A stretch of DNA of 62,852 nt, filler included, from Octopus bimaculoides (Eukaryota): the NCBI RefSeq assembly GCF_001194135.2. It is 7 parts of 7 records of this genome, joined end to end, with 100 filler letters (N's around TTAATTAATTAA, not from the genome) between each part and the next. Parts side by side here need not be neighbours in the genome. Positions count along the whole stretch, not along the records: positions 6,978 to 29,991 come from NC_068984.1; 6 more parts are not named here. One strand, given 5' to 3'. A program made the translations under genes and the position numbers. This document shows, piece by piece, positions 12,165 to 24,339 of the stretch (position 1 is the stretch's first letter; every line of letters begins with the position of its first letter). A model generated the notes under the pieces. It did no database searches. It was not told where the DNA came from and saw only the letters and a list, made by a program, of their open reading frames with translations.

Positions 12165-12975
12165 TTACTGGGTCATCATGTATTAAATTTGTAGTAAGGT
12201 ATATGGTAAAATTTGACAGCTGCTCATTTTGCGCCTTATAAAGTATCTATAAATCATTTTTTGCTATCAATTCTTTCATGGAAATACAGTATCACAGACA
12301 GCTCAGAATAATAATGGAATATTTCATCCTAACGTTATTTCACAGCAGACAGTATCGAATTCGTTTGCAAAATTTCGTTCTGGTAACTTTGACCTCACAA
12401 ACGAGCAACGCGGTCTACCAGAAACAAAGGTGGATAAGGACGAACTGAAAGTCACCGTTGAGTCAGAACCATCTCAAAGTGCCTGTGAATTATCGTTGTT
12501 GTTTGGTGTTAGCAAGCAATCTATATTGACTTACCTAATACAAATAGGTAAAGTGTCAAAGTTGGATAAGTGGGTTCCACATGAACTCAATGAAAATCAA
12601 AAACAGCAGTGTTTGGAAGCCTGCATTATGCTACTTTCTCGCCACAAAATGAATCATTTTTTAATCGAATATGATGTGATGTGAAATACAACAACCGTAA
12701 ACGTTCAGCACAATGGTTGGACAAAGACGAGCCACCGAAACACTGTCCAAAATGCAAAACTCATGAAAACAAACGGATGGTGTGTGTTTGGTGGTCTGGC
12801 GCAGCTGTGATCCATTATGATTTCATTAAACCTGGCTCATCAATCACGGCCGAAGTATACTGAAGCCAACTGAACCAAATGATGCAGAAACTTACAAATA
12901 AAAAAGCAACCTAGATTAGTCAACAGATCCATTCCTATTTCAACTCAACGCCAGACCACACATCGCGAAGTTGAA
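12165..12975 (+). mobile_element. mariner transposase fragment (3'-truncated)
   Basis: KLDKWVPHEL, NRKRSAQWLDKDE, MVCVWWS, ITAEVY and a degenerate NARPHIA. No YSPDL/third-Asp region and no right TIR seen. Confidence 0.88.
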
Positions 12976-13479
12976 TCATGATAAAACGTCGTTAAACGTT
13001 CCTTTTTTTCCCCAATTCAATTGTATTCAATTCTAAAATCTATTCAGATCATTATATAATAGCTTCATCAAGTACCAAAGTTTCACTACTTCTGGCTAAT
13101 GGGTGTTCGAAATATTTATTTAGATTCACAACAAAAATGAAAGATAATTTGAAATTGTTTGCTGCCTACTATAAATGTTCGACTTCTAGAGAACGACATC
13201 TACAGAAAGACCAAAATATGTAGCAGGTGTATATTTAGTTATTTCGAAGAGTTTTCCCTGAAGAGGTTTCATTAGGTTTTAACTAAACGACTGTGATGTA
13301 AGAGATAAAGAGGTCTGTCGGGAATTTAGGAATATTACAGTATGTTTACACACCATATATAAGCGAAAACTTTGAAAGTTTAATGAATGCTAGCATCGTG
13401 ATAAATAGCATACGTATACCGAAATAGACGCACACTCGCACACGCGTGCACAGACATACATTTACTTATATTATTGCAG

Positions 13480-13546
13480 GTCATAATATTGAGCGAAATA
13501 CAGTAACATGTAAACCAATGCAGCCTATTGCTTGGTCAGGCCATCG
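13480..13546 (+). CDS. Candidate exon (HNIERNTVTCKPMQPIAWSGH), phase-compatible with 11450-11545
   Basis: TTTACTTATATTATTGCAG|G acceptor, open frame, CG|GTGACT donor. Confidence 0.18.
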
Positions 13547-13764
13547 GTGACTACGCTATCAATTTCATCAGGATATCTTCTTGATTTCGAGCACGTTACA
13601 GAATGAAAAACAAAACATTTGAAGGGCATATGAGCTCAGAGGAATCAATGGTTATCAAATAATAGTTACATAAGCACGTGAAGAATAAATGCTTGTGTGA
13701 GTGTGTGTGTGATTAGTCGCTTGTTCGCATTTCATTCTAATAGTTAACTCTCATCTTCACAGCT

Positions 13765-15325
13765 TTAAATTTAGTGTCAGCAAGTCAATGGAGGTAACCG
13801 GTGCTGGATGTAAAGCAGAGGCACAGGCCATTAGTGTATCGATAGAAAAGACAGGGAAAGGAGACAGTAGAGCTGTGTGCCAGATCATTGACTGTGTCAG
13901 TTGGTAGTGGAATGCCAACCACCATAGCATTACTTCACAGGATACGATCGAGGATGCCAGTTGCGTAGCATCAGCAAGTCCCAGATGTGGAAGCATTACT
14001 TATTCGTTAGCCACATTTTAACGCTGTTGAGTGCTAGCAACTGTTAAAAGCTGAAATATCTGCTAGCTTTAAAGAGAAGGGCTAGTCTTCGGGATGTAGA
14101 ACCAGCTAAACTGAGAATATATTTCCTCCCCAAAAGATCCTCGTTGATAGCATGACCCTATAAGGGGAGTGACCACAAGGATTCTAGCTGAAAGCTGCTC
14201 ATATTAGCAGGCTGTATGATGCAGTGGCCTTTTCTTGATATGATTATCGCTTACGTTATTTTGCTCTTAGTAGATAAATCTGTCCTCTCGTTGAAGGATG
14301 CTCTCGATATCTCTGTTTATTGAATCAATGTAGGTTTAGCTTCTAGTGGTTAGTCTGTGAGCAGATAATGCAGGGTTGGAAAAAGTTAGTGAATACCGGG
14401 GCGCTGTGTTTTCTGCATAAGAGTGGTATTTCTGGAGATGGTGGCATGTAGAGCATTAATGCAGAAAAGAAGAAAGCGAGGACAAGAGCGAAACCTGGCG
14501 AACACTGCAGTTAAAAGAGCTGGGTAGAAAAAGCGCTATCATCTCGTGTCTCAATGGCGTAATCTGATAGGAATTTACCGAGAGATTAATGGATCCCGTA
14601 GGTGGGAAATTTTGGTCAGAGATTTGCATGCCAAACAGAATCGAAGACCTTACTGTTGTCTAGTGCTGCAACAATACTTTCCTCGAAATTTTCACTAATG
14701 AGTGACATAAGAGAATAAGTCGAGGAGCGAAAACAGTACTAGTGTCCACCGAGAAGAGACACTGACGCAACATGATCGAGGATGTAATCATTAGTAACGT
14801 TCAAGATTTTACAAGTGAACGCAATGGAGTGATAGCTGGCTCGCAGTGATTACTTTCTTTGGATTGGGATTTCATTACAAACTTTAAATGCCTGGTTATA
14901 TCCTGCAGAGAGTGAAAGGTAAGAGTTTGTTCAGAATATGAGCTTGTTCTGGAGCGCATTAAGTGTATTGCAAAGGAGTGTTAACAACGATGACCTTGTT
15001 TGTTTGAAGCACCTATCAAGATTTCCTTACATGGAGTTTGTGTGTAAGCGGTTGGAAAGCTTATTGTCGGGTGGAAGAAGAAAAATTTGGAGGGGATTGC
15101 TTAAGGGTGTTTAGTGTGGTCAGCAAAGGTTTGAGGCTTTCTCCATGGGGCTACTGCTTATGGAGTCTTTGTTGTTTAATCGAGAACTCCAGCCAGTTCG
15201 GGTAAGTGGATGAGAGTCACCATGTGTAGTAGGTTGGTCTTGTAATTTACCTGAACAGCAACGTCACTAATTTGAGTAAACCATTTGGCGGAATTCGGAC
15301 ACCGGGCGTTGTTTTTGTTGAATGG
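13765..15325 (-). mobile_element. CR1/L2/Jockey-group non-LTR retrotransposon RT remnant
   Basis: FDSVWHANL..PTYG (~14590-14646), SVRQVS (cf. GVPQGS), HSYAEN (cf. HSYADD, ~14408-14426) and CLFYRYTNGLC near the 3' end. Confidence 0.8.
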
Positions 15326-15440
15326 AGGATATGTGAGTGTATGTGTGAGTGTATACATATATGCATGCATTCATACATACATACATACATACATACATAC
15401 ATACATACATACGTACATATAAACAATACATAGATATAAA

Positions 15441-15713
15441 TAAATGTAAGAAGATATGTAAGGACAAAAAAGTTAGGTAAGTCGATATATAAAAAATATT
15501 AAAATCATTTAATACAAAAAATGCACATACGTGTACATATAGAAAGTTTGACTGACACATAATAGAAATGATATCAGGAATTCCTGATATCATTTCTCTT
15601 CTGTGTAAGTCGAACTAACTTTTTGTATGTACATGTATGTACATTTTTGTATTAAATGTTCTAAAATATTTTTTTGTATATCGACTTACCTAATTTGCTT
15701 ATTCTTACATTTA
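15441..15713. repeat. Spacerless long palindrome (foldback)
   Basis: Perfect 32-bp core GAAATGATATCAGGAA|TTCCTGATATCATTTC (15565-15596) with imperfect arms of about 135 bp. Confidence 0.9.
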
Positions 15714-15795
15714 CTCCTCCGCCTGTTCAAGTCAAAATCTCTTGAGCACTAGGAAGTGTATTCTATACAGAGATTATCTATCTTTAATTCATATG

Positions 15796-15880
<85 letters not shown>

Positions 15881-16002
15881 AACATATGTACACACATACA
15901 CACATGCATATGTATTTATATATGAGGCTTGTTCATTCTTCAAATAATATACTCTCAATTTGTGCACAATGTGTCTAGTACCAGTCACCAAAGGGCACAT
16001 AC

Positions 16003-16180
16003 TTATGAAGTTCGGGATGCAAAGCGAAGATGGTGTCTGTTAACCGTGACAATGAGAGATCCATAATGGACTGCAAACGTTTTCTCATTTCTCCGAGATA
16101 TAACAGAGTTTCAGATAGGATTCCAGCCATTCTTTCTCCAGCTTTCAAGGAAGCCATAGAAAATGCTGGTCTCCTGAATT
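16003..16180 (-). CDS. Candidate coding exon (FRRPAFSMASLKAGERMAGILSETLLYLGEMRKRLQSIMDLSLSRLTDTIFALHPELH), product unknown
   Basis: TTTTGTAG acceptor and AA|GTATGT donor bracket a stop-free 178-nt frame with ordinary composition and no recognisable TE motif. Confidence 0.38.
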
Positions 16181-17082
16181 CTACAAAACGTTTAATACGT
16201 CAGAGAAATATTACCTCTCACTCTCTCATATAAACACATATACCCCTACACACATATTTATAAGTGTGAATGTTTGCATGCGTTTGTGTGCGTACAGTTG
16301 CGCACATATGGTGTTGAAACGAAAGATAATGCGTGTTTGTGCCATATAGAAATGTTTTCGAACTTAAAGCTTCACTAGTCCTCAACTACAAATACCCATT
16401 TCCTCTTTGTGAATATTCGCCAAGGTTAGTATTATGGTATTTGAATTCTTAACTGGTGAAAGTGTCGAATACTTTCCTTTCATTAATGTTAATACTTTGA
16501 AGACAGGAAGAAAAGAACTTCAGAGAAGATCCACTCTTTCTACAACAAATAAAGAAGCAAATTAAATATAAATTTCCCCACAGAACAGAAGAGATAATAT
16601 ATCACTATTCTGGCTTAAAATTGAATTCTCAACACCTCGTGTCAAGATGACTTTGTACATGCATCTTAAGAACCTTATTCAGTTGCAAACTCAAAAACAT
16701 GCAGTTCCCCTAATCACAAAATCCGCACATAGCCATTTGGAGGCCACTGCACATTATACTTAAACTTGTAATTTTATGTAGTTATCTGAGTAAGATAATT
16801 GGTGTGGGCTGATGAATATATATGTATTTTACGAAGAAAACAAACATAACTGGTTAGATAATCAAGTAGTAATCATGAGATCCCTGCTTCAATCCAGTTG
16901 ATGAATAATTTCTACCTTGAATTCAGGTCTATACGTTTTCCCGAAGACGATGGAATTCCTTCTTATGCATGCCGCACCTACACACATACACACACAGACT
17001 GGTCTTATAAGTGTCATTACACACACACACACACACACACACACTCTCTTTCTCTCTCTCTCAATGCATGTGTATATATGTG

Positions 17083-17117
<35 letters not shown>

Positions 17118-17479
17118 NNNNNNNNNNNNNNNNNNNNNNNNNNNNNNGGGAGAGAGAGAGAGGGAGAGAGAGAGAGGGGGGGAGGGAGAGAGAGATTAGT
17201 GATTCTTACAAGATCAGTCTGCCCTTCATGAAGAAAATATATTCAACTTAGCTTATCTCATGTAAATTGAGTACTTACGTCCTTGTAGGATCAATTCCAA
17301 ACGTAAAAAAAACATGCATATGTACATATTCATACACACACACACAAACACAAGCGCACGAAAAATCTCACAGATTTTTGGGGGTGGTTTTCTAAGTGGG
17401 AACTCCGCTAATTATGCACTTGTGTATATGTATGTACACCTGTATGTATGTACGCCCGTTTGTGTGTACACTTCTATAT

Positions 17480-17625
17480 TTGTTTTACACCTAAAGTACT
17501 TAATCGTAAGTAACTTTGCCATTGGTCTCTTTATCCTTTTCTCTCTTTATACATACACACGCTATTACACGACCTATGTTATATTCCCCACTCATGTTTA
17601 TACAACGACAGGGGCAAAACTAGCC

Positions 17626-17668
<43 letters not shown>

Positions 17669-17825
17669 GACGGGTTTCTTTCAGTTTTTCTCTACCAAAT
17701 TCATTCGCAATGGTTTGATAGGCGTGCCGCTATTGTACAATACACTTGCCCAAAGTCCCAAAGTAGGACTGAACTTGAAACCATGTGGATGGAAACCAAA
17801 TTTCTTTGCTCATAGCCATGCCTGC
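17480..17825 (-). mobile_element. SINE family B: head + internal (TA)n + diverged body
   Basis: Reverse complement of the 5345-5490 head, then (TA)n at 17627-17665, then a degenerate match to the 33-240 body. Confidence 0.65.
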
Positions 17826-18496
17826 GACTATCTGTATATTATACATAAATAAGTATATATATATATATATATATATATGTACATTCAACTCCATTCTCAA
17901 ACAAAATAACAGAGATTTCAAGCCGCACGTCTATAGTTCTTCTTCAATTGTCGGAATGTCCAACTAATCGAAGCCAAATATTTAGTAGATCATCCAAAAC
18001 ACAGGTAACTGCAACATTGTTAATAGAATTTTATGTCCGTTGCAAGGAAGACCCATGCAATATAATTGATATACTGCGCGCAGAACCTTCACTTTCACAT
18101 ATAGGATTACCCTGAAATTCGTTTAAAAATCCATTTACTCAACAAGAACAGTATCTTAATGGCCTGAATAGAAAAAAACATCAACATGTTTTCCATGCAC
18201 ATAAGAATTTAAAACATTCCAACATTCAGCTATAGCACATTTTGAAAATTATTTTACACGCCAAACAATACCATATAAAAACAACGTGAGAACTTAGTGC
18301 TTAGGATCTTACGGAATTTGTTTTCTAAACAAAAATTCCCTCCACAATTCTCTATATTTCTCTAGCCATGAGGCGTATTCAACTGCAGCAAAACTTGAAA
18401 TCAACATTCTACAATGTTAACGTTGCATACCGTATTGTATCGTTTTCATCATCGTACATGTTTGATGTTTACTTCACTTAACATCCCAAATTTTAA

Positions 18497-18964
18497 TATA
18501 ATATTGGCTTCAAATTTTGGCACAAGGCCAGTAATTTCGGGAAAGGAGCTAAATCGATTACACCGACACTATGTACTCAATTGGTACTCATTTTATCGAA
18601 TCCGAAAGGATGAAAAGCAAAGTCGACCTGGGTGAAATTTTAACTCAGAACATAAAGACGGAGGAAATGCTGCTAAGCATTTTGCCAGGCATGCTAACGG
18701 TTCTGTCAGCTCATCGCCAATATTTTTCTTTCTTTTTTTTTCTTATAATATAAATCTTGGTTTGAAATTTTAGCACGAGACCAGCAAGTTCGGGGAGGAG
18801 AGTGCCGATTACATCGTCCCCAGTGTTCAGCTGTTACTTATTTTATCGACACCATAAGGATGAAAGTCAAAGTTGACCTCGACGGAATATGAAATCCGAA
18901 CGTAAAACCGAGCTGAATGCCACTGAGCATTTTGCCAGCTTGCTAACGGTTCTGCAAGTCGCCT
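18497..18964 (-). mobile_element. Two head-to-tail SINE family A copies (18497-18718, 18755-18964)
   Basis: Each is the reverse complement of 687-915. Confidence 0.85.
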
Positions 18965-19009
18965 CTATTATTGTTTGTTTTTTTTTATATATAGAAATAT
19001 TGATTGATA

Positions 19010-19014
19010 GATAT

Positions 19015-19095
<81 letters not shown>
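19010..19095. repeat. (GATA)n microsatellite
   Basis: Directly visible. Confidence 0.95.
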
Positions 19096-19096
<1 letters not shown>

Positions 19097-20114
19097 GCGT
19101 GTGTGTGTGTTTACGTGATCTCGTGTGGGTGACTGTGTGTGGTTCATTCTTTCATATTTATTTAAATTGCTCTTACAATGAATGAAATTAGCTTCTAACA
19201 AATACAGTTGATACATATTGAACTTGAGAAAACTTTTGCTTTCTTTTAGTGTTCCACTTACACATCGTATTTACAAATTTCGTATTGACTAATTGTTCCC
19301 TGAATTCTCTGGGTTTGCATTTTCAAACTAGCCGCATAAACATTTACTAATACTGTCAGTATAAATTTAAATTTATAATCACAATAGAAAATTTAAAGAA
19401 TCTAATTAATTATCAACAAATATTTCACTTTTCCTGATTTCCTAAGAAATGTCCACACTTACAAAACATTTGACGCCCACGACAGTAAATTGTATATATT
19501 TCCTTCCATAAGGAACTGTCCTGTTATATTTAAACTTAGACGTTTTTAAGGGAATTTCCCAACAATCTACCTTCTGTGACTATGTATAACATTGTGCATA
19601 TTTAACCCAGGACAATCATTCCTATGCCTGGCATTATATTCGCTTAGCAATATCATGTCGCAGTGAGAAGTAGTAACTTAATGGCATTTAGGCAGCAGCT
19701 ACTGAGTACTTGTGTAATAGCTTCTACAGATAGTTAATATCGTCGATATTTTTCGTTGTAACTTGGTGCCTATGTTTTTTTTTTTCTATATACACTTTCG
19801 TTCATTCGATATTTCTTGGCCGTCTCAAAGTCTTGGATAGTTAAAACATAACCATCAGACATTGACGTGCTGTAGCGCTCATGCATGTGCGCGTGCATAT
19901 TTCTATGTTGGCTTTGGGTGACATAAGCAGTGAGATCTACAATAGCATTTTAAGGGCCCCTGAAAAGATTTTGCTTTCGATATATGTACGGGTATGTATT
20001 GCAAGAAACACTAGGTTACTTTCTCTAACATTTTACATAGTCGGACCTACAGACGTTAACGTGCGAAAAACAAAACAGGAATTTAGAAAGAAGTTTCTAT
20101 AAAACTAGTCTTTA

Positions 20115-20781
20115 AACATCGAATGAGTAGAGGCGTATAAGAAACAGCTTCAGATCGTCGATATAAAACAAATGATTTATTATAATATACATTTTGAACC
20201 CATAACTGATGTTGCTCAGTTCGGGTGAGAGTGAGATCAGTGCCATGCAAAAGCGTAATGGGGAGATGGAGTCACCTAGAAAGATGCCACGTATGATGCT
20301 GATATTATTAGATTGGCTCATTCCTTTACTATGGTTTAGGAGATGTGTATCCCACTTGGACATGCTACCTTGCAAGAATATGGAGACGACAGGAGAGATC
20401 TTATATATCTCAAGGGACTTCAGTAGCCAAATATGTGGGACACTATCAAACGCTTTCCTGGAGTCTATCCATGCGGTGCTCAGGTTTTTCTTGTTGCTCC
20501 GGCAATCCTCTACAATCATTTTATTTATGAGAAATTGATCTTTGCATCCATGAGAATTCCGTTTACGGCCTTTTTGAGCTTATGGAAGGATAGAGTTCTG
20601 TTCCAGGAAAGTGTTTATGTTTTCAGTTAGTATGGATGTGAGGATTGTGTAGGTAGTGCTGAGACATGTTATTGGTCGGTAGTTCTTTGGAATTCGTGTT
20701 TTCAGTTTTCGGTAGAAGACATGTTGTCCCTTCGGTCAGCCAGGCAGGTATTTGCTCTGGGTTTTGGATGACATCAGAGCA
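20115..20781 (-). mobile_element. R4/Dong-clade LINE RT fragment
   Basis: KNYRPITCLSTTY, AWIDSRKAFDSVPH, RGIFLGDSISPL, HLFYIDDLKLF. The 5' junction abuts (AAT)n. Confidence 0.88.
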
Positions 20782-20853
<72 letters not shown>

Positions 20854-20859
20854 TATTGT

Positions 20860-22440
20860 CTTTGCACAGCTTTTAATGCTGGAGATGTACTATGATTCAG
20901 CATAGTTTGTTCTCTTTCTCAATTAAGACTACATCTGGCTTACTGTTCTCTATCTCATTGTCGCACCGAATCATAAAAACCCATAGGATCTTTGCATTTA
21001 TATTTTCGATGATGCCTTCAAGTTTTTGGTCGTACCAATTTTTTGCTCTGTCAAGTCCATACTTGTAAAGTGTCCAATGGACACGCCTGGCTATATTGTT
21101 GTGGCTCTCTTATATTCCTTCTGGGCTAGTGGCGTACATTGGCTGGTAATATGCCATACGGTTTCACCGTTTTGTACTCAGATTCTGCACTTATCACTTT
21201 CTGCTGTGTTGTCTATTCTGTATTTTATGTAGTTTGTCCTTAGTGCTTGCTCTTAGGCAGTACAGATTAGAGCCTCCGTTTCCGGTTTTAAATCACTGTT
21301 AGTCCTTCACATTTTTTCTCTCTCTCTGTCTTATCTTCAGCATCCCTATGAAATTGACCATGCATTCTTTTCTTTACTCACCTATTTTCAGTTTCATTCG
21401 TTTTCAATTTCTTGTATAGTGCTTTATCTTTCCAATCTTTTATCCTACACAAACCTGATCTTCTTACTTCTTATAATAGCGGTTCTGTGGTATTTTTTAC
21501 ATACCATGCTATGTTGTTTTCTTCTGCCTTAATGCTGTGTTCGCATCCAACAAGTCCTCTTCCCCCTCTTTTTCATGGTATATACAGTCTCCCTGTGTTA
21601 CGTTTTGGGTGGAGTGACCCATATCTAGTTAGCAACTCCTTTTGTCTTTTAGTTTAAGTTGTTTAGTTCATCTACTGTCCATGTGATTACCCCTGATCCA
21701 TATCTAAGGAGTGAAACCGCCCAGGTGTTGATAGCTTCGACCTTATTCCGTCCGTTTAAGTTCGACTTAAGGATCAGTCTCAATCTGCTCAAGTATTCCG
21801 CCTGAAATTTTTCTGTCATTTCTTTCTCCATCAATTTATCCATTTCCCAAATTCCCAAGTACTTATAGCCCGTCTCTTCAATCTGTTTCGTAACCTCCCC
21901 CGACGGTATCGTTAACACGTTCATACATTTGATTTTGATTCTCTTCAGGACTAATACACCATACTTTCTTAGTCCGAACTCCATTCTGATATCAGCACTG
22001 AAGTTATACACAGTATCAACGAGGGAACTGACTTGGGCTTCATCTTTACCATAAAGTTTGAGGTCATCCATGAATAACAAATGGTTGACTTTTTGTTAGC
22101 GGCTTTTGATTACACACCCAGCTTTTGCTTTCCTCAGAATCAGCGTTAGTGTTATCATGCACAGTACAAAGATCAGTGGGGACAGGCAGTCTCCTTGGAA
22201 GATGCCCTTCCTAATTTCTACTCTCCCTAAACTTCTTCCATATGTTGTCAGGTCTGTCCTCCAATTCGCCATACTTTTTCCATGCAATCGCTCAACATTC
22301 GATGCAATACCAAATAGGTTCATACATTCTATAATCCAAGAACGTGGGATCATATCGTACGCCTTACGATAGTCGATCCATGACATGGCTAAGTTACTTT
22401 TCCTCCTTTTGCAGTTTCTAAGTACAGTTTTATCTATCAA
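20860..22440 (-). mobile_element. R4/Dong-clade LINE, RT to REL endonuclease (different subfamily)
   Basis: SWIDYRKAYDMIP, GIFQGDCLSPL, LFMDDLKLY, YKYLG, NKVEAINTWAV and KPDVVLIEKENK. Flanked by (AAT)n on both sides. Confidence 0.92.
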
Positions 22441-22467
22441 TTATTATTATCATTATCATCATCATCA

Positions 22468-22534
<67 letters not shown>

Positions 22535-22559
22535 CATCATCATCATACAATAAAAAGAT

Positions 22560-22810
22560 ATTAATCTTTTCCGTAGAGATGTTGCCCTCAGATGTCAATA
22601 TATTCCCTTACCTCTAAAACTTAACGGAAATGCAAAATCATTGATCTTACTCGCCTTGTTCTGTGTCTCTTCTGCAACCATATATTGTCACTTTGCTTCG
22701 ATAATACTATCAAGTTCTATGGAGAAGTCCCATGAAATCTTATAATTGTCATTCACTTTGACAGTCTCTATCTCATCGTTACAGCATTTCTCCGAATCCG
22801 GAAAAAAATT
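22560..22810 (-). mobile_element. R4/Dong-clade REL endonuclease fragment
   Basis: NDNYKISWDFSIELDSIIEAK...KINDFAFP. Confidence 0.65.
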
Positions 22811-23190
22811 CAAGTCATTTGACGTTTCGAATTCCATATATCACGACAATAATCTCACAAGGTTACCCAACTTAACCGAGCCGACGAAGAAACTGTTACG
22901 CCTTTGCTAAAATTGTTGTAAATATCACATAAATCTCTTTATAGCCTATCATTTTATAAAAAGAAGGACACAAGATAAATTGCAGTTGTAGATACACTAT
23001 ATCCGAAATAAAAAGAAAATTGGAAGTTCACGGCTGGAATAATTATTTACATAAGTCTGTGCGGGCACACGTAATCCAGACATGAAAGAACGGCAACAAT
23101 AAAAGTGCTGTTAAGGGAACGCTTAACATTTAAGAGAAATATCCCTTAAATGATGTTATCATGCTTTAAAAATAGGAAGGATACATACTA

Positions 23191-23254
<64 letters not shown>

Positions 23255-24339
23255 GTCATCGTCGTCGTCGTCATCACCATCCTCTTCCAATTCTGTTTGG
23301 CATCATGAAAGACTCGTCAGACATATTTTTCTGACATCAGAGCCCTAAGTTCATTGACAATGACCGTCGATTTAGAAGGATATTAACGAGTCACCTTCCC
23401 ATAGATGAGGTTTATTTATCATAAGCAAAAAAAAAAAAGAAAAAAAGAAAAGAAAAGAATCAACCAAATCGCATTGGGAATTCTGTCTATATTTCTTTTT
23501 CCCATCTGAGAGGAAGTTTGTCCAAAATATTTTAAACTACACTTTATAGCTCCATTTGCATATGAGCAACTTCTTCAAAAGCTATCGTTAAATATATTAT
23601 TGCTGGATCAAATGTTACACAAATTGAAATAAATAATCATAGCATTATATCAAACTGTAAAATTACGTAAATTTGACGAGTACGCACGAAAGAGCAAAGA
23701 CGTTTTATTATAATTTCTGTTTTGTATTTTTATTATTAATTATTTTATCATTTAATTAAAGCTTATTGCATTTAATTAAAATTCGTCTTATTTTTAACTC
23801 GTGTTTTTTTTCTCTCTCTATTTTGATTAAAACCTTAAACATATCACAAACAGAAAAAAGTGTCTTTTCTTTCTAACTGCTGACTTCTGATTGTCCGTCT
23901 ATTAAGAGAAAATAAGAAAAGTAAAATAACACGAAAAGCAAAAAAGCTAAATATAAATAAATAGAAAAAATCAAATTGTGTAATTAATTAAAGAAATAAT
24001 TAATAATTATTGTCTCTAATTTCTTCAACCTGTTGGATTTTAGTTAGATAGACAATGCGCATTCATTTAAATTACACTTGAAACGTCACGACGAAAGAGG
24101 ATGCTATGGAAACCAAAACACTAGAACAAATGAACATACAAAAGAAGATGGAACGAGACAATGATTTTTAACTTAAACCATATAATGGGTTGTCAGATTA
24201 ATTCGTTCGCTTCTTTTCAACGTTATTTGAATTCACACGAAAAATATTTTTCTCGTAGAGTTTTGTCTTTCATTATTTTTTTAAACTCTGTTCTTCCTCC
24301 ATAACTTTTGTTGAGCGCTTTTGAAATTTTGAATAAATT

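Noticed and set aside
23673-23691. Hammerhead-like TTGACGA-GT-ACGC-AC-GAAA upstream of the PLE
   Set aside because: C3>U, and no convincing stem I, stem III or cleavage triplet.
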